This document shows, in pieces, positions 25,790 to 40,018 of a stretch of 64,000 nucleotides of DNA; the stretch's first letter is position 1; each line of letters starts with the position of its first letter. This DNA comes from Pristiophorus japonicus (taxonomy: Eukaryota), in assembly GCF_044704955.1 (NCBI RefSeq), contig NC_091977.1, positions 523,280,001 through 523,344,000 on the forward strand. The letters run 5' to 3'. Both the position numbers and the translations under genes were made by a program. Below the pieces are notes generated by a model that was given only the letters and a program-made list of their open reading frames with translations, had not been told where the DNA came from and did no database searches.

Positions 25790-26780
25790 TTGCCTTGGAG
25801 TGAAACAAAGGTTCACTAGACCGATTCCTGGGATTGGGGAATTGTCCGATGGAGAGATTGAGTAGACTAGGCCAATATTCCTTCGAGTTTAGAAGAATGA
25901 GAGGTGATTTTATTGAAATTCTTAAGGGATTTGACAGGGTAGATACTGGGACAATGTTTCTCCTGGCTGGAATCTAGAACTAGGGGTCACAGTCTCAGGG
26001 GCAGCCATTTAGGACTGAGATTAGGACAAATTTCTTCACTCAAAGGGGTGACAAATATTTGGGATTCTCTATCCGAGGGCTGTGATGCTCAGTCGTTGAG
26101 TATATTCAAGACAGATGGATACATTTTTGGATACTAAGCAAACAAAGGGATATGGGGGAATAGGATGTGAAAGTGGAGTTGAGGTACAAGATCAGGCATG
26201 ATCTTACTGAATGGTCATCATCATAGACATCCCTTTTCAGCGTGGGAGGGACTGAGTTCACAGAGAATGAAGGACCTAATATTCCAGGTACTGAACTACA
26301 TGTTGAAGGGTGGAAGATGGCTGTACAAGGATTTAAAAAAAATATATAAATGTGTGGTGGCCGTTGCCCACCAGTCACCACACGGGCTTGACAGAGGTAG
26401 GTTTTGGTCCAGTGGCAAGGATTAACCAAGATGACTGGAGACCAGCTCTGCTGCACGGACCTGGCGCGCACACATATCGCAGTGTGGGCTGGGCCGTGCT
26501 GCCCCTGGGCCCTCGGCTCTTCTGGGCCTCGATCATATCCCTCTACGAATTCTTGTCACTCCTTCGCCCCGACCTAGCTGCTCCTGCTATGCCTGTCCAC
26601 ACTGCAGTCAGCTGTTGCCCTCCTGCAGCAGCATGCGCTGCTCCCTCCAGTGACATGCCGCCGCACGCTGCTCCCTCTAATGGCCCCGGCCTGCTGATGG
26701 TCTTGCATGGTATTGAATGGTAGAGCAGGAATGAAGAGCCAAAATGTATTTCTCCAGCTCCTATTCCTTATGTTCTTATG
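25790..26780 (+). mobile_element. CR1 3' end interrupted by an RTE-tailed short element
   Basis: CR1 motifs on both sides of 26216-26710. Confidence 0.75.
26216..26710 (-). mobile_element. GC-rich non-autonomous element with RTE-type (ATG)n tail
   Basis: TSD-like tactgaatggt / tattgaatggt; homologous to 48890-49524. Confidence 0.7.
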
Positions 26781-27525
26781 AAGTGGTTACTTCCATGAGC
26801 AAACATCATTTTTGCTTCTGTACATTGTAATCCTGCTGTGTTAATACAGAAAATAGGATTGCATAAGATATACAGCACAGAAACAGGCCATTTGACCCGA
26901 CCAGTCCATGGCAGCATTTATGCTCCACTCGGACCTCCTCCTGTCTTTCCTCATCTAACTATCAGCAAAACCCTCTATTTTCTTCTCCCTCATATGCTTG
27001 TCTAACCTCCCCTTAAATGCATCTATACTATTTGCTTCAACCACGCCATGTTTTAGCAAGTTCCACATTCTTACCACTCTCTGGGTAAAGAGGTTTCTTC
27101 TGAATTCCCTACTGGATTTCTTGGTGACTATTGTGTATAGATATAGCCTCTATAGTTTTGCTCAAGTAGAAACACACTCTGTATCTACTCTATCAAAACC
27201 TTCAATAATTTGAAAGACCTCTATTCGGTCAACCCTCAGCCTTCTCTTTTCAAGAGAAAAAAAATAGACCCCCAGCCTGTTCATGCTTTCCTGGTGCATC
27301 CTTGTCTCACCAGTGAGGGGAACTTGTGGATTTATTGGTCATTAAGATTCTCTGCACCCTCTTTATTCTTTTTATAATATGGAGACCAGAATTGGATTGT
27401 AGGTATGCTTATGAAAAGCTGAAAATATTTCAAAAGTCAGGACGACAAATAATCACTAATTTAGGAGGCTGTAGACTCATTTTTATAACCTGTTTAAACT
27501 TACCGTACAGGGAAATAAAACTCAC

Positions 27526-27652
27526 CATGTGCGCAACAGAGGAACTATTGCGTAAATGAACCTTTAATGTACTTGATTCCCCAACAGGGGTTGCAGGGAA
27601 TGTGTACAGATCCTCAGGAGCAAATACACCTCGGTAACCTGGCTGTTCTGGT
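27526..27652 (-). CDS. CEP192: CEP192 exon (PEQPGYRGVFAPEDLYTFPATPVGESSTLKVHLRNSSSVAHM)
   Basis: Resembles RGVYAPEDVYRFRPTSVGESRTLKVNLRN; ttttcag acceptor, GTGAGT donor. Confidence 0.95.
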
Positions 27653-28079
27653 CTGAAAACAAACAACTTAGTTTTAGTTACCAATTTATTACGTTATTCC
27701 TCGGTGGTTACGGTACTACCCAAATCGTTTGCATACTCATTCACTTCACAAAACAGAATTTTTGCCAAGACGCTGAAACACAGCTTTGTACATACAATGC
27801 ATTTTAATTACATTTGGGTGTCCATACTAAAGCTGGTGTCTAACGAAAACACCGGCACAATGTTGTCAGAATTAGAGTGAAGTAAATATCGGGGGGGGGG
27901 GGGGGGGAAGGGAGAAGACGACTGTTGGGTGGATTTAAAAAAAAAAATACTGTCGATATGATCTGAATTATTTGAAGACCATTTTCCTCCATGTTATGCA
28001 CCATACACCAACATAAAGTGGAGACAGGCAATGGCACCACAGGATTCCTCCAGTTTCACGAACCACCCACTACAACAGC

Positions 28080-28590
28080 AACAACTTGCATTTATATAGC
28101 ATCTTTAACATAGTGAAACATCCCAAGGCGCTTCACAGGAGTATTATACGATAAAATTGTGACACCGAGCCGCACAAGTAGAAATTATGGCAGGTGACCA
28201 AAAGCTTGGTCAAAGAGGTATGTTTTGAGGAACGTCTTGGAGGAGAGAGAGTTAGAGGGGTGGAGAGGTTTAGGCAGAGAGTTCCACAGTTTGGGCCTAG
28301 GCAACAGAAGGCACGGCCACAATAGTTGAGTGATTATAATCAGGGATGCTCAAGAGGGCAGAATTAGAGGAGCACAGACATCTTGGGGTTGTGGGGCTGG
28401 AGGAGATTACAGAGATAGGGAGGGGCGACGCCATAGAGAGATTTGAAAATAAGGATGAGAATTTTGAAATCAAGGCGTTGCTTAACTGGGAGCCAATGTA
28501 GGTCAGCGAGCACAGGGGTGATGGGTGAGCGGGACTTAGTGCGAGTTAGGACATGGGCAGCCGAACTTTGGATCACCTCTAGTTTACTGA
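28080..28590 (-). mobile_element. L2 LINE 3' fragment
   Basis: QSSAAHVLTRTKSRSPITPVLADLHWLPVKQRLDFKILIL, typical L2 ORF2 C-terminus. Confidence 0.9.
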
Positions 28591-29506
28591 GAGAGAAAAA
28601 AGGACAGTTGGAGTCTCCCAAGATTTGCTGCCATTTGCTTCCTGTGCAAAAGCTGGAGCTACACTGCACAGCAACCCATGGACACGGGTAGGTGATTCGC
28701 TTGTGGCAAGTCATGAATCAGCCTACTGACCCCCAACTGCACGTCACAGCCGATTTGATCTTATGTAGATTTCCTCGGATACCAATATGAAAACAACGCA
28801 CCCTTGAGGTGAAGGGCCTCTGGCCAATTAACCAAACATACAAAATTATCTTCAAAATAAAGGTGTTCAGAAACCTTTTGGTGCAAGAGATCAAAAGCCT
28901 CTCCTGTCCATTTGGCCCAATAGAACCATTTCAATGGCCAGGGAAAGCAGAAACTTATAGATCCTTGACAGTAGCACTCAAATTCTTAGCCACATCTCCA
29001 TGAATGTCCTGCAGCATTGATCCAACACCAGTTCAGATAATTGTTTCTAAAGTTTGCTAAATCTGGCCACAATCAAAAACCTGAATGTCTCCCCAATGGT
29101 TCACTGAGTTTAATCAATAAGTAACAGCCATACATACCAGGTTCAAAACCCAGTACAGCAAGTCAGCATTCAGGGAGGTCTCATGTGCCTTAGAATTTGG
29201 GGGAGGGAGTATGGGGGAAGGAGAGGAAAATCTGGTTGATTCATGTCAGGCGAAAACAAGATTAGAATTGGCTGCACCGCCCACGTTGAACAGATGACTT
29301 GACACACTGTCAACACACACTCGGGCAAGATTCTTGACAACATCTGGTGCTCAAGGAACCATATCTCAGGAAGAAATCTACACTTTCAAGATTGGAGGAA
29401 AGAATAGGAAGTTATACAACTCGTCAACAATAAAAAAAAGTTTGAATGTAACAGAGACAAAGTCTTTCACTGATTTAATGATTCACTGCATACATTTTCT
29501 ACTGAC

Positions 29507-29619
29507 CTAGTTTTAGTTAATCTTTCTGATAAAGATTTCCTCGTTTTCACAGCTGCTTCAGTTTTCACCAGTTCTGTGGCTGAATCAGTTTCCTTAGAAC
29601 TCACTTTGGGTTTTGTTCC
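29507..29619 (-). CDS. CEP192: CEP192 linker exon (GTKPKVSSKETDSATELVKTEAAVKTRKSLSERLTKTR)
   Basis: Strong pyrimidine tract plus cag, GTCAGT donor; phases 0/2 bridge the flanking exons exactly. Confidence 0.85.
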
Positions 29620-31150
29620 CTGAAGGGAGAAGAGTTGTTTGTGTTACACAAGTGTTACCAATGAAACACACAAAATATCCCATCATATCAGTATTGAACT
29701 TTTTATAAGAAAGTCTTGGATTTATTATGCGCCTTTCACAACCACCAGATGTCTCTAAGCGCTTTACAGCCAATGAAGTACAAACAATATCAGATTCCTT
29801 TATCCATTCAGCTTTTCCACCCACGTTTTATATTTAATCTATCATCTCCCTTTTACATTCAGTTTTTACATCAATTCAACAGGCCTTCTGCCATCTCTGA
29901 ACTACCCAGGACAATGCTGAGGTGACAAGTAACATATTGGTTGTTTAGAACATTCACCATATTCTCTTATAGTTCCCCCACTGGAGACCAAAAAGTGATC
30001 AGTTCAAAACTCCGATTCAATTGTTATGGGATGGTGGTGGAGGTTGTGAAAAGGAGAGAGGGAGGGGAAATTTGAAGTCCAGTCTTTATTAGCAGTCAAA
30101 TTCACCCAAGCACTTTTGGAGAGTTGTGCTACTTTGTGAAAAAACTTCAAGACGACTGAATACCTTTTAAGTTGATCACTGATGCACAACTAATGAAAAC
30201 TTCGTGTCCGAGACTGCTCTTCACTCCAGGCTGGAGGCCCCACATGGTGCAGGTGGTAGTGGAGGCAGTTGTGAAATTGAAACATTTACAACAAACTGAC
30301 TGACTGACATCCAATTGTGTTGGAAACTACCTTCCCGAGATACTCTCTTGGTCCTTAGAATCCTCAACATACAATTATTCAGCCAATCTTACAACGGTAT
30401 TCTTGCCACAATACTCCAACAGTTGCCAAAGGATAATTTCTGTTTTTGTATTCAGTGCTCAATTTAGAAAAGCTAGAAATCCATTTAATCTTTTTTGGAT
30501 TTTCCATCTGCAGTCCTGCTTTGAAAGCTTCAAGTATCTGCACCCCTCGGTCTCAGTTCTCCACTCGAGAGAATTTTACCATGTAGGGTATATTTCTATT
30601 CTCTGTTCTTTTCTGCAGAATGTACCACTTCATAGGATCATAGAATGGCTTCCTTCTGTGCTGCAACCATTCAGCCCGTCAAGCTCACGCCGGCTCTCTG
30701 CAAGGGCACTTCAGTTTGTGCCAAACCCCCAACCTTTCCGCGTAGCCCTACAATTTTTTTTCCCTTCGGGTACTTATTCAATTCCCTTTTGAAAGCCATG
30801 ATTGAATCTGCCTCCAGCACCCTTTCAGGCATTGCATTCCAGATCCTAACCACTCGCTGCGTGAAAAGGTTTTTTCATGTTGCCTTTGGTTCTTTTGCCA
30901 AACATCTTAAATCCGTGTCCTCTGGTTCTTGACCCTTCCCACCATATTTCACATTTATCTTTGTTAAACTGCACGTTCTATATAACTGCCCACTCATCTA
31001 GCCCATACTCATCGTGCTGTCCTACTCAAAAGTAGAAATGTAAATGTTGGTTTAAAAAGTAGTGTTGCAGTGACAAGCACTCAATTGTTTCAGTTTTTAA
31101 GGTAAATTAAGACTGTACAAGATGAAGCTAAAACTATAGTTAGCACTTAC

Positions 31151-31270
31151 CTCTCCATGTAGTTGAAACTGAATTTTGTGCTTCATATGTGGCTCTGCAG
31201 CCAAACGACATTCCAGATCCCAGAACTGAGCATAGTCTCCCTTCCCTCGAGGCATAAAGATAATCGGCAA
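31151..31270 (-). CDS. CEP192: CEP192 exon (LPIIFMPRGKGDYAQFWDLECRLAAEPHMKHKIQFQLHGE)
   Basis: GDYAQFWDxEC motif; tag acceptor, GTAAGT donor; 120 nt. Confidence 0.95.
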
Positions 31271-33526
31271 CTACCAAGAGATCGTAAGAAGTTGTTTCAT
31301 TAGAGTGTGCATGGTTAGCACCAATGAATATTTCTGCATGCTTGGGTTTCAGGTGCAGCTGAACTCATTCTGTACCAATTCATAATTTTAGAAATAAAAT
31401 CCAATTAGACTCAATCTTAAAATTTCAACCGGGAAGTCACTACACACAGAGTTTCCATTCCCAGATATGAGCTATGTAGTTATTAATCTTGAGGCAAATA
31501 CCATCCTTTCTTCCATAATAAATTCTTAACAATGCAACTGTTCATGGTAAGCCTACTCAAGAGTTTGGAACAACCACTGCAATGCAATGGACTAAGGTGG
31601 TTATTAGAATGTGGAAAGACAACAAGCAAAAGTAGTGGATCGCTCATGCAGGAGTGCTAATCACATAACGTTGAACTTTTGAACCTGGTCTCTGCTGATG
31701 CAGTGGCCGGAGTAGGACTTCTATCACAGTAACAACCAGAAACATAAGTTCTGCAGGACTGCTGCTGACAGAAGAGCGACTGAAATGCAAATTCAAAGTG
31801 TTGTTAGAATTTAGAAGTACCTAAAATGTCTATGGTTATGCGAATGAAATTGTGATGCAAATAATATTGTGTTTAGAGGATTGTATTCAAGTTTGTCTAT
31901 TCTTTAGACTAGTATTAGAATAGCTGGATAGATGCTTAAAATTTGCCTATGTTTTTGGTGCCCTGAGGATGTTAGAACATTCCTAACAGTGGCAGTCACA
32001 TATGACCTTGCTTCCCAGGCTAGCTGTCTGCGTGCTAGGAAGGCTGCAATTGTATCTTTAATTTGGCCAACCAAGGTTCAATGCCTATGTTTCTTCCAGT
32101 ACTGCTAAACCTTATTGCCAAGTTAGGATTTTGACTTTAACAAAACTGCTTTAAAATGCATACATTAACCAGTGTGCGAGAATAAAATAGAGGTTATCTT
32201 TGGGAATTTAATCATTCGTTCCATGGTACAATAGTCTGTAATTAAATGACAGTTAGTTTTGCACAGCTAAGCTACATAACAGCTTTTAACATAAATAACT
32301 GATAACAAGCAGTATGAACATCTAAAGGCTGAGAATGGCATGTCTGACTACAAACTTGGGAGGACAGGGCCAGATGAGGCAAGGGGAAAACAGTTCTCAG
32401 TATATTCTACCCCAGGTCCACCCCTAAAAAGAGAGTGTACACAAGATTGACCTTTAAAACCTCCAGCGCAGACAGTGGAGTGAAGAGCTCCAGAGAGTGG
32501 ATCTATGCTGGCTTTGGTCTAACACACTTGGGTAGTTCAAGAATAACGTGAGACAGAGGCGCAGAGAGAACAGCTGTTCACACATGCCGGAAGTCTGTCT
32601 GATCAAGGCCGGTACCAGCTATTTGTCATGGTCATATGTTTTTTGCTGTATAACTAGTGTGTTATATTCCACCTTAAACTCCGATTAAACATAACATATT
32701 TTCTTTATACTCGGGTGAACAACTATGGCAAAAGGTACATTTTTATTCCCCTACTGCCGAGAAGGTAGCGGCTGGTGGTGAGCCTGTGCCATTCATCACT
32801 GCTTTCATTGTGTTGATGGTGCTCACACAATGATTTTGGGCAGGAATTTGACCCAGTGTGTTGCATGTCCAAATCAAGATAGCGTGTGACCTTAACTTGG
32901 TATATATAGTATGGAATCAGAAAAAGTAAAAATTACATTGAATTCCTGAGGATGGTCAGCATTCCCCCCTCGCTTTCCCATTTGTATGCGAAGGATAAGC
33001 AATTTCACAACACTAAATCACAACAATAAATTGCAACAGTGTGCAGCTCTGATAATGTTCTATTTGCCAAACACAATTACTGAGACTAAATGCCAAGTTA
33101 TCTTCAGTTATGGCATAGTAAGCAGCTCATTTGCTGAACTATAGAAGACATTGATGGCGGAATAGGCTTGATATCAGAGGAGCCCCACTCAGAATGCAAT
33201 GTCCATCCCCTCCTAGATTTACCAAATTAACCCAGTTTATTTAGGAAAAAATAAACAAGCCATGGGACTGATTAGTCTGGACGAGGTAGCACAAATGCTG
33301 TAAAAACAGACAGCCACGAAACACAAAATAAGTAGGTTCACTCAACCCTCAAGTCAGAAAAAGAAATAAATGACATAGGGAGCAAGTGTTGTCTGTGGAT
33401 GTTGAACATCTTTCAAAAGAATATTATCCCTACTTGTATGTAATCCAGTATTTTTTTCAATTCCTTCAACCACCACAAATAGTATACTAAAGTATAGTAT
33501 AGTTACCAGTGGTGGTTCAGGCCTGC

Positions 33527-33940
33527 ATAAGAACATAAGAATTAGGAGGTGGAGTAAACCATATGGTCACTCGAACCATTCAATAAGATCACCTTCCTGC
33601 CCGATCTCCATATTCCCTTACATGTCCAAAATCTATCGATCCCAGTCTTTGAATATAACGACTAAGTGACAACAGCCCTCTGAGGTAGAGAATTCCAAAT
33701 ATTCACAACCCTTGAGTGAAGAAATTTCTCCTCATTCAGTCCTAAATGGCCGACTCCATATCCTAAGACCATGACCCCTAGTTCTAGATTTTCCAGCCAG
33801 GGGAAACAGCCTCTCAGCATCTACCCCATTAAGCACTTGAAGAATTGTATACATTTCAATATCACCTCTCATTCTTCTAAACTCTAGAGAATATAGGCCC
33901 ATTCTATTAAATCACTTCTCAGTCAACCCTCTCATCCCAT
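33527..33940 (-). mobile_element. CR1 LINE 3' fragment
   Basis: cataagaacataagaa tail and CR1 3' motifs. Confidence 0.75.
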
Positions 33941-34934
33941 GGAGCATCACTGTTCATAAGTACTTTCCCAGAGCAATAGATCAAACGAATAAGGTTTAGA
34001 AAAACAAATTTGTTTTAGATAGCTATCACAGGGTTCTGAAAATGAAGTGACACTCAACGTATGTGTAAAGTGCGCTGTAGTGACTGAGCAGATACATTAC
34101 CGAATTTGCGTGCTCATGTAGAAGTTAAAAAATAACTTGCCTGGATTAGAATAATCAGCCAATCATCTGCACATAAAAAAGGTACTCGAGGAACATTTTT
34201 TGACATTTATGTTAAGCCAAACTGCTGAACTTTTCATCCCAAACAGACCACCACTGCTAACTCCTGCGAGACTCCCTGATCCCAATATTGAGGTTGACTG
34301 TTGTGAGCTAGTCCCCAGTTGTAAAATCTGGATTAAGAGTGCACATGCAAGAGTCTTGAATTTCTTTCAGGTTGAATGACTTCAATACACAAAGACTAAG
34401 ATCATTTGCGATTGCATTGTTTAGGGGGGGGATTACAAAATAAAATGCAGAAAAGCCCCAATGCTATGAACATCACATTCTTGATTACTATAACAAGCAG
34501 TGCTGTTCCAAGAAAGGCTCATGATTTTGGAAAAGGACTTTGTGAAGCTAGAAAGCATCCCTCAGCAATACATTTGACAGGACCATTTGTAACTGTAATG
34601 TTATTCCTCTAGCAGAAACAACAATTACAGGTCACTGCTGAGAAATTGATGAGGCAGCAGTGGCGGGGGAAATTATTGTAGCTCGGACACCTCCAATTTA
34701 GCATTTGGACTTCTCTCTAGATGCCGAGCATTGCATGTGTGGCTGCCACTCATGCTCCGATAACTGACCTCTCCCATGAAGTTAAATATTTTAATTTCAC
34801 TTCCAAATATACAGCAGGAAAAGATTTTTTTAAAATAAAACAAACTAGTATATTTCAAGTATATTCACTAAATATAGCATAATTTCACAAATACAAGCAT
34901 TCAGAAAAAAAGCGCTGCATCAATGGGTTCTTAC

Positions 34935-35030
34935 CTTCTCTTTACTGTGTGCCTGCAGTGTTCCAGACACTCTTGAGCATCTAAAGACTGTATAGGTTGC
35001 TCTGTAAATGTCTCCACTCTCATCCACCCA
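34935..35030 (-). CDS. CEP192: CEP192 exon (WVDESGDIYRATYTVFRCSRVSGTLQAHSKEK)
   Basis: Resembles VDESGDVFRATY; aacag acceptor, GTAAGA donor; 96 nt, phase 0/0. Confidence 0.94.
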
Positions 35031-35425
35031 CTGTTGGATAGAATGAAAATTCTCTTTATATACATCGAATTCCTTTATCAACTGGGCAGAATCTTTTTTT
35101 TTAAATTATAAAACTACAGACAACAGCACTGCGATACATCAAGATAAAAAAATACATAAGAAATAGGAGCAGTCGGCCATTTGGCCCCTCAAGCCTGCTC
35201 CACAATTCAATAAGATCATGCTCTACTTAAACTATCACACATGTGCCATTACAGTATGGGGAAGTAAAAACCACATATCCCACCATTAAAAAGGGGTACT
35301 TTTCTCTTCCACCTTGAAATTAAGTATTTTTAAAAGGGCAGAATATTGATACAAATAGAACAGTATCTCTGATAGTGCGGGTAAATATGTGGCGTCAGTG
35401 TCACTCCCAGGTACCTGCACACTAT

Positions 35426-36291
35426 GGGCCCAAGTTTGCCCCCACGCTGAGCTGCACTGACTTTTTAAGAATAAAAACCGCACCTAAAAATTACCATGGT
35501 ATTCTCCTGGAGCTGGAACGATGTAGGCCCTGGCATAGCGCAGCAGAACCAGTAAGGGGTGGAACTATGGCCGTGCTGGGTCAACACAGCCAGCAGGGGG
35601 GCGGGGCGAGGGCCCAGTGTGTTTGTGTGTCGGCAGCGTTGCACAATGGCTCACTAACATTGGCAATCGCCCATTTTTAAAAGGTAAAGCCTGCTGAGTG
35701 TCCTGCCCCGGAGGGCTCTCTCCCGGTGCTTGTCGTGTGGATCCCGCCCCTAGCCCTGCCTGGCTGAACGGCTAGCCGCTGCTGCGTGTCCTGCCCCGGA
35801 GGGCTCTCTCCCGGTGCTGGTCGTGTGGATCCCGCCCCTAGCCCTGGCCGAACGGCTTGCCGCTGCATGCTGCAGTCGGCGAGGTAGGACTTTTTATTTT
35901 TTATTAATAGATTTATTTTTCATTTATTATTGATGGTTTTTATGCTTCTTTAAGGTTGTTGTGAAGGTGTTTAGTGCTTTGCAAAATCCTCTCACATTCC
36001 CCCCTCCCACCCAATCTCTGGCTACCTGCGCTGATTTCTTAAGTCTCCGCAAGGTTTTTCTGAGCCTACAAAAATGGCCACATACGCTGGCCTAAATTAG
36101 TTAGGAGTAACTTTTCGCTGGCTAAACTTGCTTAAATGGCTGGTAACGTTCCCTTTTGAAAAAAAAAACTGAACTAACTCACTTAAACTGGGGCAAATTA
36201 AATGGGGAGAATCGCAATTTTTAAAAAGATACTCCAAAAAAATCCGGTTGTTCCAAAAAAACAGGAGCAACTCCTGGGAAAACTTGGGCCC
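35426..36291 (-). mobile_element. Harbinger/PIF-like TIR element with TAT TSD and an internal 88-bp tandem duplication
   Basis: gggcccaagttt...aaacttgggccc, flanked by tat on both sides. Confidence 0.8.
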
Positions 36292-36349
36292 TATGGAGTG
36301 TTTCAGCTTTTAAAATATGCATCTCTGCCCATAATATAAAAAGAATGTA

Positions 36350-36352
<3 letters not shown>

Positions 36353-36414
<62 letters not shown>

Positions 36415-36416
36415 TA
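36353..36416. repeat. (TA)n microsatellite
   Basis: About 30 AT dinucleotides visible. Confidence 0.97.
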
Positions 36417-36608
36417 TTTTTCCTGTGCAAAGCACGGAGCAGAGTTGTCCAATTATATAAAAATGGGAAGGGTCAATTGTATTTTTAAACCGAAGTTCTA
36501 GCTATGGCATTTATTGAATGATTCTTCAGACAGATTGTCTGCAGGCACAGCAGTCTGAACATCTCTATTGCTTAAAGCACTTAAGATAGTGTCTATTGTG
36601 AAAATTAT

Positions 36609-37632
36609 GGGCCCAAGTTTCCACATGATTTGCGCCTGATTTTTTAGGAGCAACTGGTGGAGAACGGACTATCTTAGAAATCGCAATTCTCCACATTTTT
36701 TTTTCTGCAGTTCTAGTCAGGTAGAACAGTTCTACTTTGGAACAGAATTTTTTCTTCAAAAGGGGGCGTGTCCGGCCACTGATGCCCGATTTGAAAGTTT
36801 CCACAGTGAAAACGTACTCCAAACTAAAGTAGAATGGAGCAAGTGAAGATTTTTTGTAGAACTGAAAAAGCCTGTTCTACACATTAAAAAATCAGGCGCA
36901 GGTTACAAATTAGGCGTCCAGAACGAGGGGGGGGGGGGGGGGGGGGGAGGGAAGTCATTAAATTCTACAATAAATCCTTATTTATACTTGTACAAATATT
37001 ATACAAATAAATCCAACCTGAATAAACATTTATAAGCAAAGAAAAGATTAAATAAACCATCTTCCTATCTGTGTGAAAGTGCTTCAGCCAGCCTCACAAG
37101 TTTGTTCCCGACGGCGGGAGGGAGGGAGTGCGGGCCTGCCCGCCCGAATACAGCAGGGGGGGGGGGGGGGGGGGGCCGGTGAAGGAAGACGTTCCCGACG
37201 GCGGGAGGGAGTGTGGGCCCGCCCGAACGCAGCTGGGGGGGGGGGAGGAGGAGGAGACAGAGAAGGCTGCAAGAAGCCTCAGTGCTGATGGCAATGTGCT
37301 TTTATTAAAAAATGTTCAAAAATTAAACAGCTACAAAGAACTACAAAAATGGCCGAGTGCCAATGTTTCCTTCACACTGCGCGTGCGCGAACGCTCCAAC
37401 GCACAGCGTTGCCGGCAGGAAAAAAAACTAATTTAATTAGTACCCGCCCCCTTCCACTTACAAAATCAACGCGAGTGTAGGCTCTGCCCCCCTGGGCGTC
37501 GCGCCAAACAGACAAGGAGCTGCAGGGCTCTCCAGAATCGCGAGTTTTTTTTCCGCCACTGTTTTAGGCGTGAAAAACGGGCGCCCAGCTCGGAGGGGCA
37601 CCCGTTTTTTTATCATGTGGAAACTTGGGCCC
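36609..37632 (+). mobile_element. Harbinger/PIF-like TIR element with TAT TSD
   Basis: Perfect TIR gggcccaagtttccacatga / tcatgtggaaacttgggccc, flanked by tat. Confidence 0.85.
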
Positions 37633-39858
37633 TATATGTGAACAGTCCCCTGCCCCCCCAATATCATAAATTATATAATGCAACACTGAGCCATATAGAC
37701 ACGCAAGGTTTCGGCTTTCATCTGCCCTGAATTAACTGATCGCATTTGAGCAGTGGTAGGAGCACAAAGAGTAGTTACAGCATCCCAGACTGATTTTCCA
37801 GAGAATAGAATAAGTAATGGTCTACTATAATGTAACCTCAAACTTCAATCATTACTCCAGTCTTCACAGAGGAAAATTAGAGAAAAATGCAAAGAAAACC
37901 CTTATCAAATACATTCACCAACATTCATACAAACTAATAATGTGGCACCCAGCAAGATGAAATTAGGAGCAAAACTTGTACAGTTTCTCTTACATTCTTC
38001 ATAAAATGAAATGAATAAAAGCTCTACATCTACCATCCACACTTCAGGAGTTAGAGTGGCTAAATATTTATTACAACTGCACATTATTAGTCATTATAAA
38101 ACCTTTGACTCAGTATAAGCAATTCCAAGGAAGAGCCATTAGTATATAGAAAATAATCAAATAGAGAAAGGAGAAGAAATAAAATAGGGGTGAGTAAATC
38201 CTTTATATATTTTATTTTAGATTTTTAAAAAAAAAAAATATTCCTTTAAACCATCTCTTCAAGAAAAGGTTCTTTTGATGGCTACCTTTTCCGAACAAAA
38301 AAAAATTAATGGTTGCATTCACTTCAAGACAATCTTTAAGTCACACAATATTGGCACCCCCAGACACAAATATTTGTTTACAAGAATTAAGGACAAGGAG
38401 ATAAGAAAAGGAATGTATGGGCAGCATGCAATAGTGGCCGACTTCAATCATCAACTAACAATGGAAATGCAAGTGAGCTTACAGAATCAGAACTAGTGAA
38501 CTGGGTACAGGATTGCTCGCGCTTTACCAACAATTATCTCTCTAATGTCAATTCTGATCGAGATCTATTCTTTTAAATGATTGGCATGTCATTCATTTTA
38601 TGGTGGTAATAGACCCTCTGAGGACAAGTGACCCCAACAGGATTCCATTTCCAATTGTCTGCCAATCAGCATCCAAAAGGATCAGGTCAGAGACAAACTT
38701 CAAAAAGGAGAGATGAACAAAGGAAAACTAACTGGTAAATACAATTGAAGGCTATCTCAGTAGAGGTTAAATGGAACACTTTTAAAACTGCAATGTGAAA
38801 TTGCAAGATAAATATATACCCAAGAAAAACCAAGTGTAAGCTAAATGAGCAGTCTCCAAGATGGATGAAAAGGGCAATAAAATTACAGTAATAAAAAAGT
38901 GAAAAGTCTACAAAAAGATTGAATCATGGAAAAGAATTTAGAAATTTGCAGAAACGAGTTTAAAAAAAAAAAACTTAGGTGTGGAAAAAAGCCTAAAGAG
39001 AATAGAAAAAAAAATAGAAGAGCAAGAAAGGGAATTAGAAAGTGACACTGAAACTAAGTTTAATTTGTTTTACTAGCATTCAAATAATTGAACACAAACA
39101 TCAGCAACTTGTATTTATATAGTGCCTTTAATATTAAAAATAAAACTCAGTATGCATCACAAATGGGGGACTAGAAAACCAGAGGTGAGCCAGTGTTAGC
39201 AAAAGCTTGGTCAAAGCTATGAGTTTTAAAGGAAGTTTTTAAAAAGGGAAGGCAGGCAGAGAGGGATTTTAGACAGCTGAGGACTATTGTCAAGGGAGCT
39301 GAAGACAATTGTCAAGCGAGGGGCGAAAGGAATGAAGGTTGCACGAGGCCAGAGGAAGAGAGTTAGTGGGGGTAGAATATGGGACTAGAAGAGATTACGG
39401 AGTCAGTGTAGGGTAAAGGCCATGGAAGAATTTTGAAGACGACAACAAGGTGTTTAAACCCATAACCCATGTCCTACTACACTACAATGGATGCAAAGGG
39501 CTTTGTGAGATTCCAACCTCAATCATTCCTCCTTTGGCATGGAGAGTGGTTTTCCTCACACCTCTTGTTCAGATTATTTTTGTACATTATTGCCAATATA
39601 TAAATGCATGCTGATACCAAAATACAGGATACAGAAAACTGAGCATGCAGCTTAAGATTTACAGAAACCATTCAATTGGATAGCAATTGATTTTTAAATC
39701 TCAAGTTTTAGCAATCTTAATGAAGGCAATGCTAATTTAAATTATTTATCATAGCTATGTTGTTTTAACAACTACAAATTATAAGACCTAGCAAATCAGT
39801 AAAGACTACTTAAATATGATTTTTTTTTGTCTGAGAAACCAGTATTGCATCAGCTCAC

Positions 39859-39938
39859 CTTTACATATGGAGGTGCAAATGATGATATAAACCATCTCAC
39901 AGATTCTTCTCCATCATTTTCGATTTCCAATAAGGATT
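39859..39938 (-). CDS. CEP192: CEP192 exon (ESLLEIENDGEESVRWFISSFAPPYVK)
   Basis: WxxSSxAPPYVK motif; cag acceptor, GTGAGC donor. Confidence 0.93.
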
Positions 39939-40018
39939 CTGTGTCGAGATTAACAAAAGTATTGTTTGTCATTTTAATACAAAATTTGCATAAAGACAAA
40001 CATCTTGCACTTTCTGCG

